A DNA stretch of 64,000 nt from Marsupella aquatica (lineage: Eukaryota; Plantae; Marchantiophyta): assembly GCA_973895155.1 (NCBI GenBank), contig OZ316892.1, positions 28,048,307 to 28,112,306 of the forward strand, given 5' to 3'. The stretch's first letter is position 1; each line of letters starts with the position of its first letter. Under the pieces are notes generated by a model that was not told where the DNA came from, searched no databases, and saw only the letters and a program-made list of their open reading frames with translations. The position numbers and the translations under genes were made by a program. This document shows positions 1 to 11,759 of the stretch, piece after piece.

Positions 1-393
1 TGTCACTATTCGATCTGGGCCGTCGGAAGATGAGATCGACGGCTGGTGAGGAATTCTGACTCCGGGGTCTGGGTTACTGAGAAAAATTTTTAAAAGTCGA
101 TTCCATTATTATTTGAGAACTCCTGCCCCGGGCAGTGTGCCGCACACGGGAAAAGGAAACTCTGGCATGCTGAGCTCCAATCACAGACTGTACCGGGTCT
201 AACTTATTTTGAGCTTTAATTTTCAAAGGAATTTTTATTCAGCAGCCCCAGTCAGAGAGCTTTTAACCAAAAAAACGAGAATAGTAAATGTTTAATTCGG
301 GCAGCTTATCGCACGCTGTCATTGCCAATCTGGGTTGTAGGCGAATGAGATCTACTGCATTTCGAAAAGTCGAACTCTGTTACAGCCTGGGTT

Positions 394-554
394 GAAAGTA
401 CTCAAATTATCACACCTGTCTTGTAAAATGTCTCTTGAACTAGAGTCCAGGGAACAATCTTTGAAAATAATTTTTTAAGAAAGTACTCAAATTATCACAC
501 CTGTCTTGTAAAATGTCTCTTGAACTAGAGTCCAGGGAACAATCTTTGAAAATA
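394..554. repeat. Direct tandem duplication, about 76-bp identical block with 85-bp period
   Basis: GAAAGTACTCAAATTATCACACCTGTC...ATCTTTGAAAATA occurs at 394-469 and again at 479-554. Confidence 0.9.
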
Positions 555-1742
555 GATTTCAATGTCGTTCTCCGGCCTGGGCAGACGTAAAAGGAAAGTT
601 CTGTCATACTGAGTGCTTTGGGCAGGCAGGCACGAAGGCGGGCAGGGCAGGCGGAGAGGGAGCCACCCCAGCACGAAGGGGCAGCGGTAACACTCGAAAG
701 AGGCCAGTGGTCTAAAAATTATAAGTGTAAAAACTTCATGATTTGAATCATTTTAACAAGTATTTTGAGCGAATATTCTAAATGGTGCATGGAATACCCC
801 ATAGTACACATCTAACTAATTTTGAGCTTTCGTTGTGAACATTCCCACAATAGTCGCAGTCATAGACAACGACAAATAAGCAGAATTAATCTCACATGTG
901 TTTGTTTTCCTAGCATTTAAAAAACATTTATTATCATATTTATTCTGCTTTTTAATCCATTATCACGAGCACCACGCTAACAGAGTCCCTTCAGACTTTG
1001 CAAGAAAATATCACTATTTTTTAGCTCTAGTTTGTAAGAAAATTTCCCCCAATAGCCACAAATTGATCACACATGCAGATTTGGCCTTGCCATCTGATTG
1101 GGCTTCACATTCTTGGTCAGTGTGAACACCTTGTTGGGATTATTCCTGGCATTTTTCAAAGAATCCATAATCACATCTATCCTGTTGTTCAATACATTTT
1201 CATGTGTAGCACCATGCTAACACAGTTCATCCAGACTTTGAGGAGAGATAATTGATTGACCACGAAATTCAAAGTGTTACTTGATGGACTCCATGAGTTA
1301 ATCCAAACTAAGCCTTAGTGGACCTAAAGTCAACCTATTCATGGTCTCATGGGATTCAAGTAACACTTTTCAATTTAGTCACATGAGATCCCATCAAATA
1401 ACAGTTTTCAATTTAGAGGTCCACAAACTTTGAGAGAAAGTGATGATACGTATGGTTGATCATAGTTATGTTATTACACTGTCCACACAAAGCAGTCATA
1501 TACCTTGAAAAAGAAATATGGGTGATCATGTTGCAGTTTCAGAGTGAGTTATATATTTATTGGGGGGACAGATATGTAGTGGCCATATGAACTACTGGCC
1601 AGAGTTCACTCCTGACATGGAGAAGATGTATGCCCTTGTAGCTAGAGAGCATTTGTTCAATTGGCACATTTTGGGCAATTGCCTGGGGGCAGCATGGCAG
1701 CCTTGCCTTTTTCTACAGGCAAAGCTTGGCCACAAAATGAAA

Positions 1743-1820
1743 TCTTACTATTAGAGCGTCAACTGAAGCCTACTCTTAATGGCCTAGGTCTAGAGTGAGA
1801 CCTCTAGAGAGTAACTCTAA
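1743..1820 (+). mobile_element. Helitron 5' end fragment, same family as 37706-38108
   Basis: a|TCTTACTATTAGAGCGTCAACT...TCTAGAGTGAGACCTCTAGAGAGTAACTC aligns with the start of the element at 37706 (a|TCTTATTTATAAAGCGTCAACT...TCTAGAGTGAAGCCTCTAAACAGTAACTC). No 3' end found. Confidence 0.55.
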
Positions 1821-2235
1821 ATAAAAATAAAATTGAAATGAGGATGAAAATAAAAACTAACCAAAATAAAGTTACTTAATGAACCCCATAAGTGATCCAG
1901 ACAGTTGGTAAATGTAAAATTAACATACCCAAAACCTCATCACATTGGTTGCGAGGAAAACAATGGTTTTAAAGGTCGACGAATTAAATGTCTCCAAACA
2001 ATGCCCTTTTCTAACTGAATCTGCAAATAGAATTTATCGTACCCTGGCATTCTGGCAACAAGTTCAGTCCATAATTGGAGCAAAAGGGGAAAGTGTTTCG
2101 ACGACGATGACTGGGCAGGCATCAAATTCGGACTGACAAGGCCGGGCAGGTTCCCAAAGGCCACAGCGCAGGGTCGAAGAAAATTCGCGCGCATTTGTCG
2201 GGTTTGCACTAGGGCAGTATGGGAGTCTTGCAGAA

Positions 2236-2498
2236 TAGAATTTTTTGTGGGCAAAACCTGGCTAAACACTGACCATCGAGCTGGCGAGTGTTACTCTGGC
2301 AGAAAAATACTCGGGAAAAAAGTTGAAAATGGCTCTGCCATTCGCCACAATATGGGATACATGGAAGGGCCGGGTTCGCCAGAAAGTACAGGCGAGCGGT
2401 TGCCCAAAAGTACTGTACAATTGCCTTTTCCGTATTGCTGCCCTGTTTCTAGAATAGCCACTGGCAAATGTTAAAAAAACAGAGGAAAAAATTGGCTC
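2236..2498 (-). mobile_element. Diverged, internally shorter relative of the hAT-like MITE at 8418-8917, in inverted orientation
   Basis: Blocks TTTTGTGGGCAAAA, AAAATGGC..TCGCCACA and GGCAAATGTTAAAAAAACAGA match the reverse complement of parts of 8418-8917. No TSD seen. Confidence 0.45.
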
Positions 2499-2899
2499 GT
2501 ATTACGTATGTCAGACTGACATACGTGGCGGGTCAGGGCCGCAAACAATGCTTTCGAGTACTCTAAAGTCTAAACAGAAAACCCCCCCAAAAAAGAATAA
2601 AAGTTTGCAGAATGCAGACCTGAGAATGATCTCGAAAGCAGCGAATAGGATTAGTTAAAAGTTAACTGCCTGACAGAATACCGGTCACTAGCCATAAGTA
2701 GACAAAAAGTTCGTTAATTTTGTTATTGTTGGGGCTATTTCTGGACAGGGTAATAAGCTTGATTTATTTTTCCCGAACCGGTAAGTAAGCTTTACTCTGG
2801 TGAAACATACTCCTATGGGGTAATAAAACGTCCTGGTAATTGCATATCACAACTTAGAGCTAACTTTGTATTTATACTCACCCGATGCCTGTTAGTTGC

Positions 2900-3420
2900 A
2901 CACAAGATATTGAGACAAGTAAAGATATTGAAGTGAGAAAAAAAAATGTTGAGGTGAAAAAATATGTAAATGAGATCAAATGATGTCCAGGGGAAGAAAA
3001 GAAGGCAAGGTGAAAATAGGGGACGAGATGAGAAAAAGATGTTGGGGGTGAGGAAAGTATGTTGTGGTAATATAAAGATATCAAGGTGAGAAAAAAATGA
3101 TGAGATGAGAAAAAAAATATGATGTCGAGATGAGAAAATATATCAAGGTGAAGAATGGATCTCAAGCAGATGAGAAAATCTCTCAACGAGAGAAAAGATG
3201 GTGGTGAGAAAAAAATGTAAAGATAAGCAGAGAGAAGGATGTCGAGGATAACAAGAGGTTGAGGACATAAATATGTTATGGTGAGATAGGATGTATGTGA
3301 GAAAAAGATATCAAGGCAAGGTAAAGATGTTAAGGCAAGATAATTATGTAAAGATTAGAGAACTAAGTCAACGCAAGAAAATATGTCAATGCGAGGAAAA
3401 ACATAGAAACTTTGTGACGC
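2900..3420. repeat. Purine-rich low-complexity tract (degenerate GATGAGAAAA-like units)
   Basis: Strong A/G bias with recurring GTGAGAAAAAA/GATGAGA motifs; ORFs over it are compositional artefacts. Confidence 0.65.
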
Positions 3421-4719
3421 ACTTATTGATGCATGTTATGTGCGATCCCGTTGTTGTGATGTGTTCAATAACTTGTGCATTGCACATAAAAATTGGAGAC
3501 ACTAAATAGCAACCACCGCATTATATAATCCAAGCACAACTAAGTGACAGGAAAAATACATTTTTAAGTTTTAAATCCTTGGATAATAAATATTTTATAT
3601 ATTTATTTATATTAAAAAAATTCAAAATTTTCAAAATTTTCTTACAAATTTTTAGATTTAAATTTAGATTTAAATTACTTACATTACATTATGTTTAAAT
3701 TATCTCCGGCAGGTGAGGGCAGCCTAAAGGGGACCAAAATTTAGGTCCCCTTTATCCCCTTTAGTGAAGGGGATCAAGGAGACCTGCCCCTGCATTGTTA
3801 CTTGCCCTCCCCTTTTTCTTTGTCTATTGGGTTTCTTTCTTGCTTGGGAATTGTGAATTTTTCTTGTTTTGCATTATTCTTTCTCTTTAGCCAGATTCAT
3901 TCTTTTGGGGGCACTGTAAATTTTGAATGACAACTATATAAGAGCGCAACCTTCTATATAGCTTTTGATGTATTCAAAACTAGCACTTAGTGGTTTAAAC
4001 AGAGTTTTTGGGTTTATCATTGATGAGATAGATGGACATAGTATATGATGTATTGTCACATTGTTTTTGGGTTTATCATGATAAACCCGGCCTACAAAGA
4101 CTTATGCCAAGCGACTCTGGTCGGGCACTCACTCATAATGCTCTCAGAGCCCTTTAAACATACAATAGAGAACAAGAAACAGGAATTTACTCAGGTGATT
4201 GCCTTTCAAACACTACAGCTCAGTAGCTATGAAAAACATGTGCTTTCGTCAAAACTATGCTTTAGGGACAGTAGTTGGCTAGAGACACATGTCAGCAGTG
4301 ACTTTTATATAGTTGGGGAATTTTTTCCAAAAACTCACCTCCAATTCTTCAAAATCTGCAATTAGCTGGAGTTGGATTTGCCAGATCTTTGAAGATCTTA
4401 TGGCTTTCACGAAGATCCATAAAATCTAATGAATTTATACAAGTTTTAGAATATGTGTAATTGAATAAGGTGGATCCCATGTATTCTCACTTCTAGCTCC
4501 TTAGAGTGATGCGCTAGTTCCAACTCTCTCACAAACTACCAGGAAAAAAAATCAGTGATGGTCACCAATTTTATTATATAGTAAACGTACTTTAACACGA
4601 TCCAAACGCCTGTCTGGGTGAAGCATGAGCACGTTCATGGGATGTCATCTCATGTGTCATGGGCTGCCACTAAACCTACTTTAGGACTAATAGGATGACC
4701 CACCAACAACGTTAACATA

Positions 4720-6530
4720 CTCGTTTTGAGGATGAGTAGGATGACTATGGAAAGCGTGGGCCTACAAAATAATTTTAGGGCTTGTTACTGCTGACGATGA
4801 TCTAAAATGAAGGTACTGTAGGTACAACGTGTGACATAATGCAGTCCCAGTCTTAGCGACAAAATCTACTAAATACTCAACAATACCAAACTAGAACCGA
4901 CACCCAGAGTTTGATGCACTGAGTAGTTCAGCTAGCTACTATAGCGAATGACCTATGGAAACCAACATGAATCCTAGGCCAAGGAAAAACTCAGTGCCCA
5001 TTTGTCACTTGTTAATTAAGCAACAAACAAAACTCAGTACCCCAATATTTACTCATTTCTCATAGTGCCAAAATAGAAACACAATTTATCCCATAATTGA
5101 AACTCTGGCTAATTTGCTGTTGCTGATACTTTGAGTTCTGTATAACAGGGTTTTCGCTTCTACCACTGTTTCGTTTCAAGTTCTCGGCTTCAAATTGGAT
5201 CAGTTGTAGATTATGAAAACTAAGTTTCATTATGGAAGTGAGCATTGTTGTTGTGTGATATGTGATTTTATCTCCTAATATGATCGTTGCCACTAACGCT
5301 CAAGTAATAAATTACATGAAGGTGACCAACTACCCTCTCATACCACCTTTTTTCCTGGAACTAGAAGAGGGGGTAAGGTACGCTTCATGTCATTAGTCTG
5401 GTAGATTAGGGGTTGTTGCCTGCATGTATGCTTATTATCATTAGTCTACTAGATTAGGCGTTGATTTCTGAACCAAAGTAGTGATTGACATTGAGATGGA
5501 GATCATGTGGCGATGTAAGAATGACATCATACAGCGAGAACAGTCCTCACCATTTTAGATTAGACTAGCTTTAGCTTACTTGACGTTGGACACCTTGTCC
5601 TATGGTTAGTAATTGAGTCCATGGGCTATTGTTGAGTGTCTATGTCTAAAGTAGGATCGCAAGGGAGGAATCCAAACTAGGGGGATGAAGTACATATATT
5701 ATGGGGAGAGTTTGTGAAATGGTGGAGGGTTGTTTAGAGGACCATTAGCAGCGTGTAATTACCTTAGAAGAGGGTGGAGTGGAGAGGGCATGAATCATTA
5801 ATAAGGAACATAAAGGCCCAATTGCCAACTGAGTTCCTACGGAATGGAGCTTTATTTGCTCAAATAAAAAGCTTTCACTGCTCTGCTTTTAGCCGTGTTT
5901 AAGTTGGGCTAAGGATTAGACGAGTGAAGGACAGTAGTCTTCAATAGCTTTTCTACGGTTTATGGTGAGGTGTTATTACTGACTAACATAAATAAACTCC
6001 TTAGTAAATTGTACACCAAGAAGCTACTCCAGAAGCGAATTAAGGCCTCACCTCCATCGGACCTATAGCTATAGCTTTCTATGCTTACGTGTGAACCTAA
6101 CAGTTTTGAAAAGGCATTTGGGATTGGCATGCAAAAAATGGAAAAGAAATCAGATTCCCTCCTTCTTGAACCGAGTTATTCACCATTTAAATGGATGACA
6201 GCTTTAGTCTAAACTGTAATCACTCATAAGTACTCCAAGCCTTGGAAACAAAGAGAAAGGGACCCTTTATCTCTGCAATCAAACTGAGCACATAGTTTTG
6301 AGTAAAGGTATTGTTCTCAACCAAGAAATACACTGCCCTCATCCTCTAGAACCGAAATATGCACCACTTAAATGGGATGACAGCTATAGTTTAACTTTAA
6401 TCACTCATAAGTAATCCAAGCCTTGGAAACAAAGAGAAAAGTACCCTTTACCTCAGTCTGCAATCAAAACTAAGCACATAGTTTGAGTAAACGGTACTGT
6501 TCTCGACCAAGAATTACACTGACCTCAGAG
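4720..6530 (+). mobile_element. Heavily decayed Ty1/Copia LTR-retrotransposon pol remnant
   Basis: Broken but colinear Copia-like motifs: GGKVRFMSLV (~5370, cf. integrase GGxRYF), K*DRKGG (~5650, cf. RSDRGGEF), KxFHCSAF..GLDE (~5870-5925, cf. RVFGC..KLD), CEPNSFEKAF..W..MEKKSDSL (~6090-6160, cf. EPxxxxEA..WxxAMxEExxSL), GIVLNQE (~6307). Integrase precedes RT as in Copia; many stops and frameshifts; boundaries approximate. Confidence 0.6.
6168..6527. repeat. Diverged tandem duplication, about 180-bp unit x2, inside the Copia remnant
   Basis: GAACCGA..CACCA.TTAAATGG..ATCACTCATAAGTA.TCCAAGCCTTGGAAACAAAGAGAAA..CCAAGAA.TACACTG.CCTCA at about 6168-6341 and 6349-6527. Confidence 0.85.
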
Positions 6531-8417
6531 AAGATCTTGTGTTGTGGCGTTTATTAAACGTTGTTGACAAGAAAGAGCTACACGTATCTCTTCCTGCCGA
6601 GTGTAATAAAAGGCTCTGGATTTCAAAAAAGAAGAAGAAAGAGATACAGACATGAAATATGAAAGCAATGTACATAAGAGAAAGGCACTCTCTCAAAAGG
6701 CACCTCCTTAGACAGGAAGAAGTAAGGTGATGATCGCTGCCAACTAAATAGATTCCCCAAAAATGTGCCTTGACATTTTGGGGAAGCTCACTTGATGTAC
6801 AGCAGATTGCCTTCGAGAACTGAACAGACGGTGAACGCCAAATACTAAACAGATTCTACTTTTACTTCAGATTTTGGGGCCATCAATTAAAGCGAATGAG
6901 AGAACGCACTTCGAGATCAGATCTTCAGAGAGGACGAAGACCAAAACGCCAACTACGAAACAGATTCTATCTGAGGTATGTTGTAGCTTTGGAGGTTGTT
7001 GGGAATTGGCAAAGTCATCTCATCAGAGGAACAACCCTGCGAACGGTTCGTTTGCTCGAAGCTGGAAATATATGGGGAGTTATTGCATCAAGTACAGCAC
7101 ATTCCATAGCTTCCGAGGAAACAACAACGAAGTAGATCTTGTCTCCTCTATGATGATAAACCATGTGTCCAGGGAATTTTTGGGAATTGAGAGAGTTCCA
7201 TTGGCCCCTGGATCCCAGTAATGCTTAAGGTCCAGTTGGCAGTGGATTTTGGATTGCCACTTTGCACAACTTCGTTGGCGTAGACCAAATTTTGCGATCT
7301 ACTCGCTCTGGCATTACAACATTTAAACTAAAAATATAAATAAAACATATGTGCGATGGAGGGTTTAAGATTATTTAGAATTCAGGATCTTTAGCGTTTA
7401 GGTTGCGCTCACTTCACACATTTGAAGCTCCGATTGCTTGATGATATTTTTATTCGTCGTGAGCCTACAAAATCATGCTTCAAAGAAAGCAAAATGGACA
7501 TTGAAATTCGGACAAGCAGAGCAGATATTATAAATGGGACACCGGAGGGAGCAGACGCATTCTCTCTGTGCCTGTATGAAACTTCCAAAATGTGGGGCAA
7601 TCGATCAATGATCAAACAGTCACGCAAAAACACGGAGTTTCGAAGGGCACTCTGCTGTACGAGACGAGATCAGGCTCGAGATGAAGAATCGCCTCCGCCT
7701 CCCTCACCTCGCATCGCAATATCGCATCGCCTCCCGAACAGAGTACTCCCTGTACAGATTTTCCATCGTACAGAGGTACATCGGTGCGTATGAGTGAACG
7801 GGATTAGTGGGAAGATGCTGACGCGTGCAAACCCTTCACTACCTTGCATAATAAGTGAGCATGATCTGCAAGATTGGGCGCTCCTCCCGTCCGCTAATCC
7901 CATTCCTTCCTCGAGGAACTGACGAAGAAACAAGAAAAGAACGGTGGAGAGTAAAGGGGTGTAGAGCGAGCGATGGCGAGAGTCCGTAGAGAGGAAGCAG
8001 CAGCTGGGCAAGTTACGGAGTAAGTGTAAGACTCAATTACTCATGAGTAAGGGACGGTACGAGGGGGCGGTCTGAGCGCAGCATGACGTCAGAGGAGCGT
8101 GGAGTTCCGTCAGCATCTTGGTGCGTCCGAAACCCGTGATTAAGGCCACCTCAGGTCGGCTTACGGTAACCTGGCCGGTGCCTAAACCCGGGTTACTCTG
8201 GCCTCACCGTACTGGTCAGATGACGACGACCGTCGGTATTGTGCCGATGTACGTTCGCGTATGATTAGGCCGTACTTCTCCGATTGTGCGCGACATATAC
8301 GGTACCGTATGGCGCTGCTGTGCAGTTATCATGTGGACAAGATTGCTGATGATGTTGGGAGTGTTATTTCTGGGTGCCCTCGGTGGCCCTCTAGATTTGA
8401 CTTCCATGGAACCCGTC

Positions 8418-8917
8418 CAGCTGTTTTTTTCTGTTTAAAAACATTTGGCCAAGGTGAATCCTACTGGCATATGGAGTAAGGAAAGTTGGCTAAGGGCATG
8501 TGCTATGGGTTGGGGCAACTGGCTAATAGATTCTGGTTAGTAAGTACATGAGCTAATCCCAAAGTTTAGCGGACTGAGTGCACTCTTGTGGCAAATGGTA
8601 ACTTGAACATCTGCTCTCTTTAATAGAAATTGAGAAATTAACTTCCTAGGAAAATTTCTTCACTCTGCTAGCTCATTTTTGGGAGAACTTTACTAGCTCA
8701 TTGTCAACGAGTGGCGACTATGTACACTGCATGGTAACCAGCAGCAAGCGAACAACCCTTATCTTGCCTAAGTAGGGCTTGCTGGCAATTGATTCCAGCC
8801 CTTGATCCTGATGTGGCAAACAGCTGCCATTTTTTCCAGAATGTAGCCCAAGTATCATTAGCCAGCCCCTTTTCTAGCTAAGTTTCTGGCGAATTTTTGC
8901 CCACAAACAAATGGCTG
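8418..8917. mobile_element. Non-autonomous hAT-like DNA transposon (MITE), 500 bp
   Basis: Imperfect TIRs CAGCTGTTTTTTT ... CAAACAAATGGCTG, flanked by AACCCGTC / AACTCGTT (6/8 match, both differences C>T), consistent with an aged 8-bp TSD. Confidence 0.55.
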
Positions 8918-8998
8918 AACTCGTTGTTAGATATAGCTCTAGTCTTGTGACTCATGAGCTAACCACAGTTAGTCTAACTCGGGTTAGGACTTAGCTAA

Positions 8999-9269
8999 TG
9001 TTAGCGATAGTGCTGTTGTGTATTTAGCCAGGGCCGATGCCAGACCCTGGGTGGAATTTAGGCTCATTGTTACGGAGCTAGTTGAGAGATAGGGAGAGTT
9101 TGTGCTATAGATGCTTGGTATGGCCGGTCGGCTTAGAGTGCAGTAAAGCTCTTGTGTGTTCCCGTGGACGTAACCTCATGTGGAGGTGAACCACGTATCT
9201 ATCTGTGTCGACTCTTGTACGTTGGATGGTTCATGGGCTTGCAGTTGTGAATGTCGTCTATGCTTAACA
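8999..9269 (+). mobile_element. Probable solo LTR or LTR fragment
   Basis: Ends TGTTA...TAACA; contains CCCGTGGACGTAAC...GAACCACGTA, a motif typical of plant LTR U5 regions. No matching TSD (GCTAA vs CCTGT). Confidence 0.45.
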
Positions 9270-10169
9270 CCTGTCCCTTATACTTTTGAGAAATCTTGCT
9301 CTAAGACCTTGGCGGTACCATTTAGGTGTGAAAGATCTTGATCGATGGTAAGCCTAAACCAGGCTTACACCTAAAAGAACTTAAACCTCAAGTTCCCATA
9401 TAAAATCCTTTGGGTAACCTCTATATGGTACCTAAGAAAGCTGGAAAATATGAAAATATTAATTTTGTTTATTGAGCATCACTCACCAAGTTAACACGAT
9501 AGTCAGGGGGGATTTTAGGGGAGAAATTTGTAGGAGGCAAATCTCATTGTGTACTTCTAACTCCTTCTTTGCCTTGTATCTACCCCCGTATCTACCAAGT
9601 TGTTTAATTAAGAAGACTAAACATTACAAAGTGTACTAGGCTCTGTTTTTTGAAAAAACTCACTCAGATCGGGTAGTTCACAAACTTGGATAGCACCCTT
9701 TAGGCACAATTTGTGGGTATCATTTTTTACCCAAGTTTTACTTCCTGTGTACCAATGGAAAGCTTCTTGGTAACGTGGTTTCTATTGATACCATGTTTGC
9801 ACTATACTATCACTATTTTTATTATATTTATAAATATGCCATGGTTTTCATATATGACTACTCTGGTTATATTGGTGAACTTGTCATGATCCACACACAA
9901 ACATGTGACATATTTGTCAAAAAATAGAAACATGGCAGTATTGTCAGTTGGAACATCTGTAGCGGCAAAGTAATGAAAAATTGTTTCTTTAATAGCTCAA
10001 AAGCTGAAAGTTGCAAGTCAGCCTAACCTCTCAGGTCCGAGCCAATAGGTTGACCAGCAAAACACATCCCACAGCCCAACTTGAACTAAGTAGACATGGT
10101 ATTAAGCAATAAAAATGCTCATTCACCCATGTATTATCCTCCCTCAAGAGGCGGGCTGTAGATTCTAAC

Positions 10170-11330
10170 AGTTGCATATATCACACTGCCAAGAACAAAA
10201 TACTCAAATTGGGAGCCAAGCTCCCAAAAGCATCAAGTTGGGAGACCAAGTCGCAAAAGCATCAAATTGGGACACAAGGTCCCAAAAGCACAAGACCAAA
10301 TTAAAGAAAACAAGAAAAATATATCACATAAAAAGGGCCAACAAAGTACAATGAAAAGCAACCAAAAGAAGTTCAAAGAGGACAAATACAAAAGAAGCAA
10401 GGGCAACCCTGAAAATAAAAAAGGAAGAAAGAAAGGGGATCGTCACCACTGCACTAGAGGGATGGACTAATGTCCACATCTAAAGTAAATGTGCCTAGAG
10501 CTAATGGAGAAAACAAGGGAAAAGCCAGGACTAGGTCCCAAAAGAAGTTACTTAGTAGATCAAATAAAGGGGAGAAAACAAGAGAAAAACAGGAATAGCT
10601 GCAACAATAGAGGGATTTGCATGATTGATCAGACCCCAAAATGAAAGGGTGTTACTCGATAGGACCAGTGAGTGAATCCAGACATTGACCTTGAATCAAT
10701 GTATCCAAAACTTTGGATTTTTGGGTCTGATCAAGCAAATCCCTTTGCAACAATAGGTCCCAAAAGCAATAGATCAAATAATGTGCAGAAAACAAGGGAA
10801 AAGCCAGGAATAGCTGTAACACTAGGTCCCAAAAGTAGCAGATCCAATAAACTGGAGAAAATAAGGGAAAGCCACAATTCCCCCAAGCAACATCAAACCT
10901 TACATTTATCTTTGCTCCAACTATGTATATCATAGTGCCCAAGGGCCAAAAATGCCAAACCGGGAGACAAGATCCCAAAGGCAAAGCATCCCAATGAAGA
11001 GGAGGAAACCAGGGGAAAGGGCCCCAAGAAAAAACAAGCCAAGGGGTCCCAAAACCCAAAAACCAACTAAAATGTAACCAATAAAGGAGCCGGGAAGACT
11101 AACACCCTATTGAGCAAAGAACTGAAAAGCCTAGTAGAGCTCCAAAGTAAACCACAAAGGAGGGTCCTGTAGCGGAACCTGACATGAGACCTTAAAACCA
11201 ACTCCCTCAGAACTACGAAGGAGGGTGAAAGCCTGGGCCCGCTGAAGAGCCACAAACACCCATTGCCTAAAAAAGACTCGGGACAGAAACAGGAGAAAAA
11301 GACTCATCTCTCAATATAATAAACACCAGG
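10170..11330. repeat. A-rich dispersed repeat with internal GGTCCCAAAAG subrepeats (unclassified TE)
   Basis: GACCTTGAATCAATGTA.CCAAAA (~10688) recurs inverted at 24643-24768; CATATATCACACT..CCAAACCGGGAGACA.GATCCCAAAGGCAA (10176 and ~10955) recurs inverted at 48770-48830. Confidence 0.6.
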
Positions 11331-11759
11331 GGCTCGAAGGACCTGGTCGAAGGTAGGATGAAAAGCACCTCAAACTTAATGAAGTACACCTCGTTTACAA
11401 CACAACCCTCGTGTCCAATCACTCTACTTTAGCACTGTTCACATGTTCACACCTGTCTTTCTCTTAGAAAACACAGAAACACCGATTATTCCGATAATTC
11501 TAAATCTACGGCGAAGATTCCCCCCAGGAAGTTTGCTCACTATATCGGCCGTTAGATCTGTTCTCACTTAACGATGTTCCTGTCTGGAATAATTGTCCTC
11601 CAAGCTTTTGTGAATTTGTGAGGCTCTTCTCTCCGTTTGGAGCTTTCTGTCTCTCATTTCTGATGAGGCAATTGTGTCGTGCTTTTGCGCGATTTTTTCC
11701 GCTTCGAAGCGGTGGATTGGAACGCGCGAGAGATCGAGCGAGCGAATTGGCGACCGGCG

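Noticed and set aside
1-390. Mutator-like terminal inverted repeat at the window start
   Set aside because: GATCTGGGCCGTC..GATCGACGGCT is suggestive, but no partner end or TSD is visible inside the window.
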